Positions 50,736 through 64,000 are shown, counted from the first letter of the stretch. The stretch is 64,000 bases of DNA from Macrostomum hystrix (GCA_950097015.1 CATNEN010000001.1:25544001-25608000), one strand, 5' to 3'. Numbers and translations are program-made. The notes: a model not told the origin generated them from the letters alone.

Positions 50736-52349
50736 GCAGTGTTGATTGCTATTATATTATATATAATATCTAATATATCTATATCTATTATAGCTAATAT
50801 AGCTACGATATATCCATTATATTCGTAGCTCATTGTGCTTACAACATTCTAAGAAATGTTTGTGAAAAGCTTAACAAATTTTTGTTATTTTCTCTTTGCT
50901 TTGTTGCTTTCTCCGGCAGGGCAGGGGAGGGCGGCTGCCTGGAGCCAAGCACAATGGAACAGAAGGTGCGGGTCAGCCTGAGCAGCTGCTCAGAGCTCGG
51001 TGAGACAGTGGGCTGACTCTGCAGCCCCTCATCTCCCCGCCCCGCTGTCTGCTGTGGACTCGCTGCCCTGTGGAGTGTCTGGAATTGGCAATTTTTAAGC
51101 AGCAATGCAAGATAGATACTAGTTGAACACAATGGTTTGAGCTGCTGTGCTCATCTGGAACTCGAGTCGCGGCCAGGGCAGCTCAGGGCAGAGGAGAGGC
51201 TGAGCTGGGAGAGATCAGGTCTGGCCAGTGTGAAACAGTACCGGCAATGAAAGCATTGTAATAGCAATGCCACTGAATGCCTGTAGTCATGCGTGACTGC
51301 TGAAATTCTCAGCCCCAAATCTGCTTCCACTCCGGGGAGTTGGGGTGGGCGCCTCTCGAAGCATTTTCTGAGACCGCCCTCCCGAGTTCTCAAAGTGCTG
51401 AGCACTGACTGCCCGAGTTCTCAAAGTGCTGAGCACTGACTGCCCGAGTTTCTCAAAGTGCTGAGCACTGAGGGAATTGGGATCGCTCATTTCAAAAGAA
51501 GCTTTTGTCTGATGATGTGTTTGACTGCTCAATTACAATCTGCTCAGCTTTAGTCCCTTCGTCTGTCCAGAGCTTACTAGGATTAGCATGTCCTACAAGG
51601 ATTAGCATGTCTTAAAGGGATTAACATTTCCTTCAAAGATTAGCATGTCCTACAAGGATTAGCATGTCCTACAAGGATTAGTATGTCCTACAAGGATTAG
51701 CATGTCCAGCATGGATTAGCATGTCCCACAAGGATTAGCCACTTTGCCTGTAGTTTTAAGTTGAGAAATTCTCCGCATTAGTTCCATAATTTTATATTTT
51801 GAGTCCGAGGTTTCGTCAAACTGAGTTGAGTGAGTGCGAATTAATTTTCATTAACCTTGAGCACATATTATGCCAGCATGCGACAATGCGACAATAAATC
51901 CAGTTCGAACCGGTTGAGCAGCCCTGCACCGTAAGTCCTGAGCAGTGCTAGGCTTGGGGATGCTATTTTATTTTTTATAACCGACCGCTTGTTTTACTGC
52001 ACTGAAAACGGCCCGTCGACCCTCCCCAGCTCCGAGAGCGCAGGCAAAAGAAGATGAGAGACGGGCCGGGCAGAGACGGAGACTCGCTGCGACAAACTCG
52101 AGAAACTGGAGGCTGCGGAGTGGCGCCACCTGCTTTGCCCTTTTCAATTGTGAGCAGCAGACTGGGCGGCTGCTTTCAAACTCAAATTTATTTTCAGTGT
52201 CACAATGAGCACAAATTGCCCAGCCAAGAATAAGCAAAGATATGAAGTGACTCAAATCAGTTCTCACTTTTAGCAAACCGATTGGGCAGGAAATGGCTGG
52301 ATTTTACTCTGTGCTCACCTTGAGCTGTGGCTTAGTGAGGAGCCCTTAA

Positions 52350-52724
52350 CACCCTCTGCCTTCCCAGACACCCTCTGCCTTCCCTGACATCCTCTGCCTT
52401 CCCTGACACCCTCTGCCTTCCCTGACACCCTCTGCCTTCCCTGACACCCTCTGCCTTCCCTGACACCCTCTGCCTTCCCTGACACCCTCTGCCATCTCTG
52501 ACACCCTCTGCCTTCCCTGACACCCTCTGCCTTCCCTGACACCCTCTGCCTTCCCTGACACCCTCTGCCTTCCCTGACACCCTCTGCCTTCCCTGACACC
52601 CTCTGCCTTCCCTGACACCCTCTGCCTTCCCTGACACCCTTTGCCTTCCCTGACACCCTCTGCCTTCCCTGACACCCTCTGCCATCCCTGACACCCTCTG
52701 CCTTCCCTGACACCCTCTGCCACC
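52350..52724. repeat. 19-bp minisatellite CCCTCTGCCTTCCCTGACA
   Basis: Tandem periodicity. Confidence 0.95.
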
Positions 52725-52838
52725 CTTGTTAGCCTCCGAAGAATTAGATTGGAAACAGGCAAAGCCTGCTGACTCGCAATTATAACTCGACTCAAAGGCT
52801 GTCCAACTAAGGTGAGCTTCGCTAGGTCCGACAAGCGT

Positions 52839-53416
52839 ACAAGGATTAGCATGTCCTACAAGGATTAGCATGTCCTACCAGGATTAGCATGTCCTACAGG
52901 GATTAGCATGTCCTACAAGGATTAGCATGTCCTACAAGGATTAGCATGTCCTACAAGGATTAGCATGTCCTACCAGGATTAGCATGTCCTACAAGTATTA
53001 GCATGTCCTACCAGGATTAGCATGTCCTACAAGGATTAGCATATCCTACCAGGATTAGCATGTCCTACCAGGATTAGCATGTCCTACAAGGATTAGCATG
53101 TCCTACCAGGATTAGCATGTCCTACAAGGATTAGCATGTCCTACAAGGATTAGCATGTCCTACAAGGATTAGCATGTCCTACAAGGATTAGCATGTCCTA
53201 CCAGGATTAGCATGTCCTACAAGGATTAGCATGTCCTACAAGGATTAGCATGTCCTACCAGGATTAGCATGTCCTACAAGGATTAGCATGTCCTACAAGG
53301 ATTAGCTTGTCCTACAAGGATTAGCAAGTCCTACAAGTATTAGCATATCCTACAAGGATTAGCATGTCCTACTAGGATTAGCATGTCCTACCAGGATTAG
53401 CATGTCCTACAAGGAT
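52839..53416. repeat. 19-bp minisatellite GGATTAGCATGTCCTACAA
   Basis: Paralog of 5089-5679. Confidence 0.95.
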
Positions 53417-56400
53417 CGCATAAGATTTCTGCGAATTCGAAAGCAAATGGTGCTGGTCAAACGGGATGCCGAATGTTAATATAACAAATACATTTTTCCT
53501 TGAGCTGAATGTGAGGCCGGATGAGCACGGGAAGTTACGAATGGAGAAGTGGGGATCGAGTTGAGTGAATCGGCGCGAGTTAAGGTAATGGGTTTGAAAA
53601 AATCTATAAATTTGTCATTTTGAGTCAGATGTTTTTCATGCAAATTTTTATATGATAACCTTGAGCTGAAATTGTGTTCGCAAGCGAGACTGAGACAATG
53701 AATCCAGTTCGAACAGTTTAGCTGTTTTGCACCTTAAATTTTGAGCGGCGATAGGCTTGGGGATGCACTTTGATTACTGTTTTTAACCGACCGCTTTTTA
53801 CTGCATCTCAATTAAATAGCCATTCGACCTTCCCTCACTCCGAGAGCGCAGATGAAAGAAGCTGAGAGATGGGCCGAGCAGAGGGCGACAACAATGCCAC
53901 AAACACGAGAAACTTGCGGCTGCGGAGTGGCGCCACGTGCATTGCCCTATTGTACGTGAGCGGTAGACTGCAATGGCGGCTGCTTCTGAGCTGAGAAACT
54001 TGTCCACTGACGAAAATAGACAAACAATAATAGGCAAAGATATATGAAGAGATGCAAATAAATAATTTATGTTCAGCGAAGTGATAGAAACGAAATCTAC
54101 TGCCAGTAGCTGTGGCTTAGCACAAAGCCGATGAAAAATTCTGAAACGGACATACGTTTTTGCTTTCGCAAAAGCAACGCAAACATTTTTGCTACAGAAC
54201 AGGATGGGAAGCCTCCTGGCTTGCATCGCCCCTGAGCCTGAATATAGAACCTGGAAGGACACTTCCCACGAAACCCGGGGTTGTAATGTAAATTAACTCG
54301 TAAAATACACAAGTAATAACAAAAAGTATTTGTCCTTTAGTAAATTAGAATTCATTAAAGATTTGGGGAAGTGTTTTGGCTTAACGAAACGAATTATTTT
54401 ATTTTTTATATGGCGCTATATAATAGACATACAATTCAGACTGAACGGACAATATTTAAGCAGTTTTTTTCCGAGAAGAGAGATCTAAACTAATGCCTAC
54501 TACTTAAACCGATTGTGGTCTGTGGAGGTTTCGTCTTTCAGCTTTTTGGTGAATCTGACTGTTAAACTGAACCTTCCATGCACAGTATAATCTAGTGATA
54601 TAATTTATATGTTTTAATATAAAAAACAACAGTAAGAGTGCTTCATCTCTACTGTGCTATTAATAATATCTACTGTACTACATAATTACTTAATATAGTT
54701 GTTGTAATCTCCAGCTGGTATTTCTAATAAATCTCTCTCATAATTGCTAAGTTGTCACAATAATTCATTATGCAAAGACAATTTAGAAAGAATAACCCTA
54801 CACAGAATTTTATTTGCTGTAATTGTCACATGGGATAAAATTAAGCATCTGTCTTTAGTTCTGTATTTTTAATGCTTAATGCTAATGGTTCTTTCAACTG
54901 AACGATCCACTTAAAAAATAAATATGTGGTAATTTTTTAAACGATTTTGCTAGTGCATTTAAACAATTATGCATTACACAATGAATTTGTTTCCAAGAAA
55001 TTATTATAAGTAGTGTAAGTTGTAAAATATTTGAAAGCTGGTAATGTGTCTGTGTATATTTCTTAGAATTATATATTATTTTTGTTTATCTTGCTACAAA
55101 ATGATTGTCTACTTGTACATTAGTTATTTATTGAATATTATAACAACTTTGGTAGCCCTAGTAACCCTAGAGCTGTCTCACCTGGGATCTTCCAGTGCGC
55201 GAGCAGACGCTGTACCTGAAGGCTGATCGACCGCTGCGGCCGGGCGATCGACTCACCACTCGACTGACCAGCAGCGACGATGCCGACGAAGAAATGACCG
55301 CCGCCGACAATGCCGAGGCTGCTGATCCGCAGGAACTCCAGTAGGTCCGCGTAGAAGACGACAATTGCGATGATGACGAGACCGCGGTGCGTCCTGAAGC
55401 AGCCGAGCCGCGGAAGAGAGCGGCGAGCGTCGACGCCTGCGGCTCCGACAGTCGGCTGGCCAAGACGCCGCGCCTGCAGACGGGCCGCGCCCAGAAGACC
55501 GAAGCCGCCGTCCGCTCTCGGATCCGCAGCTGCGCCAGGTGCGGCCTGTACTTCACCTCGGCCTGGATGCTGCGCACCCACCGCCAGTTCCACGGCCTGT
55601 TCGACAGCGGCGCAGCCGCCCAGCTGCGGAGACGGCGGCGACGACCGCTGCGCGACAGTCGGCCGGAGCTGGTGCTGGCGGCTCCCGTGCTCAGTGACTG
55701 GGGCAGCATCTCCTACGTGCCAGTCAGCCCAGCGCAGTACTCGACTGAGGCTCCGCAGCGGCTGCAACTGCGGCAGCGAAGGCGGCAGCAGCAGCACCTG
55801 GAGGAGCAACCGATGATGGAGCAGCAGGAAGCTGGCTCGGATGTTAGCGGGTGAGTATCTGTGCAAATACAATCTCTCTAATCAGTGGCTTCAGTTTCTC
55901 GCACCGCCTCTGATCTCTGAAACCCGCGATTCTGTGAAACCCAGCAGCGGCTGCTCGCCAGATCTGCCATCTGAGACCGCGGCGCTGGACCTGACCCTGC
56001 CCAGAGCGCCGTCTCCGCCGAGGAGCACCGTCAGTGCGGGACCATTGTCCAGAGCGGACCCCAGCCTTCAGCAGCAGCAGCAGCCCAGGCAGCGCAGCCG
56101 GCCGCCAGTCGACGGCCTCGACCAGCAGAGCCGCCCGGGCCCAGAGCAGTCGCCGAGTCCGAGGAAATCTCAGCCTTCGGCCGGCCCCGTGTCCAGCCTG
56201 ATGAGTGTGTGCAAGGACTGCAAGATCGGCTTCTTCAACTACAACAACTACGTTGTGCACCGCTCTCTATACTGCCAGAGCAGCCGCTTGGCTCAGGGGG
56301 CTGGCACACCCGGCAACTCGGCCCGCACAGCCAAGCTGCCACTGCAGCAGCAGCAGCAGCCAACCATCCAGCTGCAGGAGCAAAAGCAGACTCCAATCCT

Positions 56401-57016
56401 AGCAGTGCCTGTTCTGCCAACACCCAAGCTCGAGGCCCAACCCCCTGCGGCAGCCGGCAGCGCGAGTCACTCTCCCACTGGATCAGCTGAGCGCAAATTC
56501 CAGTGCCCCTACTGCCAGATCCGATTCCACTCGCCATCCACCCTCACAGCGCATCAGGCGTTCTACTGCCCGGAGAATCCAGACAAAACTGCGCCCTCCA
56601 ACACGGCCACCAACACACTGCCATCGACTGCCGCAGCTCCAGCTGCTGCTGCTGCTGCTGCTGCAGCCTCTGCATCGACTGCCGACAGTTCGGCATCAGC
56701 CACGTCAGCTGCCGCTGCCGATCTCTCTGGACGTCGGTGGAAGCGGAGCCGGCGGCTACAAGTGCTCCATCTGCGGCTACATCGGCCAGACTGAGCGCGG
56801 CATGAAGATGCACGCCAAGGTGCACTGCGGCTTCGGCGGCGGCAGCGGCCTCGGCACCGTGGCGGCTCCCAGCGGCGGCAGCTCCTCCTCAGCGCTGTCC
56901 CTATAGGAGACTTCAACAGGCGACGGCATCCGGCTGCCGAACGCCTTCGCCGGCGACCTGCTGTGCAGCATGAGCCCAGAGGAGCTGGGCATGCTGCAGC
57001 ACAAAACACAGCCCTA

Positions 57017-60000
57017 CACTGTTATGCAAAGAGGTCCATGAAAGGTCCGAATGTAATAATCGGACCTCTTGGTCAGATGAGGTCCAAAACAGGAAATTGC
57101 AAAAATGGTTTCTTTAGTCCTAGAAATTGAAGGGTTAATGAAATTAAGTTGGATGAACATTTTCAGAAAACAAATACTTTTGTGCGAGGGCAATCTGTAC
57201 ATTCCCTGAATCCAAGACCGAGCCATACATTTTAGCATCCGTTCCTTCCAGCAACACAATTAAAGGCGCTACAAAATTTGCTAGCAGCAAAAATTATGAA
57301 AACTCATGAAATGTATAAAAGAATAAAATAGTTTTCTCACCTAACTTACTAATATACTTTTTTGTTTAAGCTTTTTAAGTTTAAAATTGCATGAAATGGG
57401 CTGAACAAAGTTACAATCTCGATACAAAACTCGATAGCTTTTGATATTATAGCTTGTGGCAGTGCATTAATAGTGTATCTTTCTTTCTCAGTTAATGCAC
57501 CCTCTTTGAAACGTTAACTTGCTTTCCTATTGCTTGCCTTCCTGTTCCTATCCAATTGCTTAAATTGCTTGGCTTGATCCAAGCTATAATTTTATGACTT
57601 TAAGGTCCTTAATTTCAAGACCTATTGTCCATATGGCTTTATACTAACTTAGGCCTATTTGAATTTACAAGTGCATGCTTTTTTGTAAAATATGTAATTT
57701 TTCATGTCCCAATGTTTTAGCATGTATTAGCCATGTTAAGAAATACCACTCTTTTGGTCAGTCTTCTTTTGTATGCCCAGTAAAAGATTGCTTTCATTGC
57801 TGTAGTAGGGTAATGTATCATCAACCGAACAGTGTATCTTCAAAACCGAACAAGAATTTTGACTTCTTCCTTGGTCTCGTGTAAGACAGAAACAAGCTAT
57901 CGTGTTTCACAGAGCAACTAATTTCCAAGTTGAAGAAATTATCTACAAGCTGAGGCATGATGTGCAATGAAGCATTAAGAGGAAAGAAAGATATTGATGT
58001 TCCAGTAGAAATTTTTATTGCAAAAGCATACTTTTTAACAACATTTTTCAGTATGTACTTAAGACGAAGATTGTATGTGGTTGCTTGCCAATTAAATGAC
58101 CATAAATGTAGTTATTTATAGAGCATGAAAAATGCTTTCGAATTACATAATTCATGATAGTTCACTCCTTAACATTAAGATTAAACCACTCACTCAAATT
58201 GTAAAACCAAACATCAAATTCTCTGTTTTGTTTGAAGATACATGAAAATCATTGTTCAGTTTTAGATAAAAAGCAGGAATACCTTTTTTCTATTTGATAA
58301 AATAGCAAAAGCAGATAATTTTTAGAAAGATGTAACTGTTTTCAATAAATTGGCTTTTGATTTATCATCATATCTTAAATAGAAAATCTGTAGCTTAGGT
58401 TTGAAGTTAAAAAAATACACATTCTTGTTTGGTTGATGATACATTGCCCTACTATAGAGGCACTTAGGCAGCATGCTCGTAGGAAGCACTTAAAATTAAA
58501 TATTCCTTCTACTAGTACTAATGTCAATGAGGAAAGAGAAGACCCTAGTGAATCAGGTGAAGCAAATAATTCTGACCATCCTATTCATTTGCTGAATACT
58601 ATAATAGATGAAAATAGAAATAGGCCTAGTCAAATTCAAAAAGACCAAACTAGTGAGATATGTAGAGAAAACTTAAGAGTCCAGTTGGCAGAAAGTTTTG
58701 TACATTTTTATATAAAAACTAAAGATTTCTTATTGGTTCCAAAGTATAAAGCTATGCAAATAGGACAGTTAGTAAAAGAGTTATTATCTGATTTTGCAAA
58801 TAGTTATTTGCAACTTTTTAAACTATTTGAATGAACATTTTCCATCCTTAGCCTCACATAGAAGCCTTGAAGTATTAAATATTGAAGAAATGATAGACAT
58901 AAGTATTGAGCATTTATTAAGTGATAGAAAATTATTAGAAATTCTTCTAAATCAATATAATTTAGTTCAGCCTATTGAATTTGTTGATTCTAATTTAAAG
59001 GTCAAGTTTCAATATGTGTCTATTAAGGAAACTATTGAAAGTATATCAAATAATGAATATATTTTAGATTGTTTACTATTGCGACCAAATCAAAATAACA
59101 ATCCATTCTTTAAGTCTTCATATTATTTAAACTATATTTTACCATTATCTAATCATGCAATTTATTTAAAATTATATTCTGATGAAATAGAAGTTTGCAA
59201 TCCTATTGGTTCAGCAAAGACTAAGCATAAATTGTATGTTATTTATTTTACTATTCTTAATATTCCTGAATCTTGGAATTCATCAACTAGTCTCTGTTTC
59301 CTAAATTTAGTTTGTGCTGACAATATGGTCAAAAAGGCAGGTATTAACTTTTTTAGCACCATTGGTTAAGGAATTAAATGATTTATACTTAAATGAAGTA
59401 AAAATTAGCTTAACTATCAAGTTACCTGTCATTGCATGCTTTTTTACTGGAGATAATTTGTCAATGCATGGTCTATTAGGTTTACAAAAATGTTTTTCAG
59501 GTGGCTATATATGTAAATATTGTCTTAAAAATATAATCAATTATGTGAAGTAAATTTGGAAGACTTGGGCTGCTTATTTAAATTTGATATGCGAACTCAT
59601 TTATCAATTATTGCAGCATCTGCCTAAGCTGGAAGCTTTTCTTGAAGCTATTGAAGTCCTCGCGTGCCTACGCAAGCGATGTGCAGTGTCTAGAAAGCCG
59701 GCTGCCTTGCTAGTTGATAGTTTTCGTTAGTTGACTGTTCATGTGACTCCGATGAAGATCCTCATTTGCCTGGCCTCGTCTCTTGACCACACTAAACCTA
59801 CAGATGCTCAGTTGCTGGGCCAGCACCCCCTCCCATATTATTTCAGGTACACCTTATAACGAATATAGTGCAGGACTCCACCCAACTGGGGTCTATCCCA
59901 TGGCTTACGCCTGCGTCTATCCCTTATTCTATTTCTAGCTAAATGTCCAGCCAGTCACTCTACAGATTAACTGGGCCTGCATGCCTCCCTTCTCCCTTCT

Positions 60001-61126
60001 TGCAGATGCGACCTGCTCTCAAAGCGTGCTGTTTTCTCTTTCCCTTCTGTTTCATTGCCCTACTCTTATATTATAAATTCTTGTGCGATGTTTAACATAG
60101 GTCAACATAAAGTAAGTTCGTTTTTATGTTATGTTCTTAATACTGCTATTTTTCAGAAGAGGGGACATTTGTAATAGTTATTGTAATACGCATTTTTTAT
60201 TTTTTACTTCGAGTTTTATATTTTTTGCAATGTAAGTCGGTTGTGTACATTACAATATTGTGTTAAATATTGCCCCAGGTATACATAATGCCACGAGTAA
60301 GTATTTTCTGCCAATATGGATTATTAAACCGGGTATTGTAAACCTGGAATTTCAGTTTAAAAATTGCGCGGACACCCCGTAGTTGTCTCAAAATTTGTGT
60401 ATTTTCAAATTCGTTTTTTCAACCCTTGTTGTGCTTCATTGACTTATTATTTTTCAATGTTTGCTCTTTCGCGTTTAAGAAACTAGCAATTTCCTCTTTA
60501 TTTCTTTCCAGTTTGATCGAAATGGACCATTAGTCATGCGTTGCTCATCAATGAAAAAAATTGATGTTCAACCCTTTTGCTTTATTTACTACCAAGTTTG
60601 CCATGTAATTTCCTTTTTCCGTTATTCATGTATTACATAATCGGCTTTGTCATTAATATTTGATTCAGTAAATCTCCAATCTAAACATGCATGGTAATAA
60701 TGCTTGATAAAAAATACATTTTTATTTTTATCCATCTTTATGGAAACTATCGTTCTATGCAATGCACATCAGTTTAATGAACATCTTATAGCTTCACTGG
60801 AATCAGGATCTTGCATGGTTTTTTTTAAACGGGTATTTTCCACTGAGGCATGTCAGCTATATAGGGCCACGCTCAGGCAGAAAAATGCGACATCTGTGCC
60901 TATTGTGGACCTATACTTTCGGACCTTCCATACATTTGGACCTTAACGGTCCCTATATATGTACGGTGCGGACCTTCTCATACGGACCTTTAGCGGACCT
61001 TTATACGGTCCTCTACTTTCGGACCTTATGTGCATTCGGACCTGAAGGTCCCTATATGTGTACGGTGCGGACCTCCTCATTCGGACCCTCGGTGGACCTT
61101 TTTTCGGACCTTTATGCATAACAGTG
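57017..61126 (+). mobile_element. CACTA/EnSpm (CMC) DNA transposon, defective, 4110 bp
   Basis: TIRs CACTGTTATGCA(A/T)A(G/A)AGGTCC; TA duplicated (57015-16, 61127-28); empty site GCCCTACAGCAAG at 9177-9189; GGACC/GGTCC subterminal repeats (57030-57090, 60905-61110); transposase remnants. Confidence 0.93.
57675..59553 (+). pseudogene. EnSpm/CACTA-type transposase, frameshifted and 3' truncated
   Basis: N-terminal zinc finger CKICNFSC..HVKKYH; LYSDEIEVCNPIGSAKTKHKLYVIYFTILNIP and FTGDNLSMHGLLG..CFSGGYICKYC motifs typical of animal EnSpm transposases, split over three frames. Confidence 0.85.
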
Positions 61127-62291
61127 TACAGCAAGCGGAGAACTTTTAAACGAGTGGCGCCGCCACTGCCGCAGCAGCAGCAGCAGACACTCCAGCTGCC
61201 ACTGTCGCTTCACCCGGAGCTGCTCCGACATCAGCTCCAACAGCTGCATCAGCAGCACCAGCTGGCCATCTCTGCTGCCGGAGCCAGCGCCGCAGCCGCT
61301 GCTGCTGCGGCCGTTGCTGGAGCTGGCTTTCGACTGAGCCGATGCGGCAGAGACATCGAAGACGCTCAGCAGCAGCAGCAGCTGGATCAGCTGGTCTGCG
61401 TTCGCTGCGGCGAGTCATTTGAACAGCTGGAGTCCCTGCTGGAGCATCAGGAGACCGCCTGCGCCGGCCTGAGCACCACTGCCGCGGCTGCCGTAGAAGC
61501 GGCGGCTGCGGCCGTCAAGCTGGAGGTGCGGGCAGCTGACAGCCTTGGCAGAGTTTAGTGGATGCGGCTCAACATTTTCTATGCGTAATATACTACTGCC
61601 CTTCTCTATGATGCCATTTCAATACATCAATGGGCTGCAGATGGGATTCGAATACAACCTTTGAATGCTTCTGTGACTGGGAATCAGGATTCTTCGAATC
61701 ATGGGAATCTGACGACAGGGGATTCTGTGAATCATGGGGATTGGGGAAAGATTGGATTCTGTGAATCATGGGGATTGGGGAAAGATGGGATTCTGTGAAT
61801 CATTGGGATTGGGGAAAGATGGGATTCTGTGAATCATGGGGATTGGGGAAAGATGGGATTCTGTGAATCATTGGGATTGGGGAAAGATTGGATTCTGTGA
61901 ATCATGGGGATTGGGGAAAGATGAACTTTTCTTATATCTTTTCATCCCGCCCGCAGTCCAGTAGGACATGAGTTTAAACAATAAACAATTTCAAATTTAG
62001 ATTCTGAAGACTTATATTGTTTAGCCAAGTGACACACCCGCCAATTACAATTTACTGCACAGTGAATACACTTTGAATTGCTTAAAAATTGTTGTGCTTC
62101 AAATGGCAGAAAAATCTGTACATCAATACTTGTGAGTAGTATGTGATATGCTAATATATTCATTGTTGCCCTGGCAACCAAATTTGCAAAGCTGCTCCAA
62201 TCACAGACAGCAATCACGCATATAAACTATTTGTGATTATTGTGTTCTAGTCTTCTGTCTGATCTATTTTTAGATTTATCTCATGTTTTTT

Positions 62292-62880
62292 TGTCACTCT
62301 CTCATATCTTCTGTCACCCTCTCATATCTTCTGTCACTCTCTCATGTCTTTTGTCACTCTCTCATATCTTCTGTCACTCTCTCATATCTTCTGTCACTCT
62401 CTCATATCTTCTGTCACTCTCTCATATCTTTTATCACTCTCTCATGTCTTCTGTCACTCTCTCATGTCTTCTGTCACTCTCTCATATCTTTTGTCACTCT
62501 CTCATATCTTCTGTCACTCTCTAATTTCTTCTGTCACTCTCTCATATCTTCTGTCACTCTCTAATTTCTTCTGTCACTCTCTCATGTCTTCTATCACCCT
62601 CTCATGTCTTCTGTCACTCTCTCATATCTTCTGTCACTCTCTCATATCTTCTGTCACTCTCTCATATCTTCTGTCACTCTCTAATTTCTTCTGTCACTCT
62701 CTCATATCTTCTGTCACTCTCTCATATCTTCTGTCACTCTCTCATATCTTCTGTCACTCTCTCATATCTTCTGTGACTCTCATATCTTCTGTCACTCTCT
62801 CATATCTTCTGTCAGTCTCTCATATCTTCTGTCACTCTCTCATATCTTCTGTCACTCTCTCATATCTTCTGTCACTCCCA
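62292..62880. repeat. 20-bp minisatellite CTCTCTCATATCTTCTGTCA
   Basis: Paralog of 10345-12754. Confidence 0.95.
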
Positions 62881-64000
62881 TCGACTTATCCCTTCAGCAA
62901 ACACATTGGCAATGAATTAACAGCTCAACAACATAACATAGACGGTGGCAGTGCCAGAGCATTCGGCTGCGTCTTCAGCAACGGTGGAGGAGTCAGGAAG
63001 TGACAAATTTCAATGCGCGATGCACACTACTCGAACGCTTGGTTGTCAGTAGTATCAAACGCATTCGCAGTGCAGAAACGAGACCAGACTCACCGCTGCT
63101 CCATTTCTAGTGAGCACAGACAGGCTGGATTTCACTCCAATGCTGGAGAATTCTCCGAATGGCGACACTGCTCCAGCTGATGAAGCTAGAGAGTCTGTGC
63201 ATAACATGGTTGCGAATTTCATTTCTGAAGGAATTTCATTGATTAGTTTTACCACTTCGGAAAACCAATTAAGTCGACAATCCTTACCATTTAGAGATCT
63301 TCAGCTCAGTGCACCCAAGCTGCAATAAATCTGATGTAACCGGGGGATGGAACAATGCGAGCGCTGGAAATCCCACGGGCTGATCCCAAGGTGGAAGGGG
63401 ATCAGTCAGGCCTTACTCCCCAGTGGCACCCGCCCTAGTGATCGGTTGGTAGTTGCATGGTTTGTGGTCCGATTGCTCCGATTGATGGGCTTTTCGAGGG
63501 AAAATTAAAGGCGGTGACTCAACGAGTAACGTGATTTTATAACCCAGACTGGCCCCTGACTTACAATTCTATGGGGAAAACTGGCAGATAATGCCAGTGA
63601 TCAAAAGAGTAAAATTACACTCCAAGGCCTTGGAGTGTAATTTTAAGTATAGATACTTCAAAATTCAAATGTTAGGGAAAATAAATTTTCGCTGCACAAT
63701 CTACTCAGATGTAACTTACCATTAATGATTTTACTTCGGTTGAAACATTATTTTATTTCTTAATTCGCATTTAAAATATGTCGTGCAGAATAGAACTGGG
63801 AACTGAAAACCCGGTCACGTTTCTCAGTCTAATCAGGTTGGATGGATTCGAACTAAGATTTTGAAATCGTTACTGAGTTTCCAGGGTTCGAAACAGTATA
63901 ACTCTTTAGAGTAGTAGAACGATAAAATGCGTACTAGAAATAGTAATTAATGAGTGAGTACTATCATGAAGTTTTTTTAAAACTAATAAGGAATCGATTG

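Larger units (their letters stand above)
55196..61558 (+). pseudogene. FOG/U-shaped-like zinc-finger gene, copy 2, disrupted
   Basis: Paralog of 7455-9612 that retains an extra C2H2 finger CARCGLYFTSAWMLRTHRQFH. Lesions: TAG 55342-44, net 44-bp frameshift deletion at ~56716, TCG>TAG at 56904-06, 4.1-kb transposon insertion. Confidence 0.82.
53380..64000 (+). repeat. Segmental duplication copy 2 (paralogous to 5640-18170)
   Basis: Colinear near-identical sequence continuing to the window end. Confidence 0.95.

Overview
Eukaryotic (animal) genomic DNA that is very rich in minisatellites and has GT-AG introns. Its style resembles the flatworm Macrostomum lignano, but that is inference only. The window spans about one ~50-kb unit of a tandem/segmental duplication: kinase 3' end, satellites, FOG/U-shaped-like zinc-finger pseudogene, an ankyrin-repeat kinase gene, then a second zinc-finger pseudogene copy. 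The centrepiece is a gene the ORF track does not show. It is a 25-exon, phase-consistent model (26301-50313, about 1319 aa if all exons are used) with two duplicated ankyrin modules, a linker of small phase-2/phase-2 exons buried in a 15-kb 33-bp minisatellite, and a C-terminal MAP3K/STE11-like kinase. The duplicated second ankyrin exons differ at ~30 codons, apparently all non-synonymous and concentrated at ankyrin ligand-binding positions, while the adjacent intron is identical. This pattern suggests a diversifying recognition receptor. Also present: a young intact Gypsy LTR retrotransposon (310-bp LTRs, GAAA TSD, -1 frameshift signal) and two defective CACTA/CMC-type DNA transposons whose empty sites are visible in the paralogous unit. 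Most long ORFs in the track are artefacts of tandem repeats. All alignments and exon models were made by eye.
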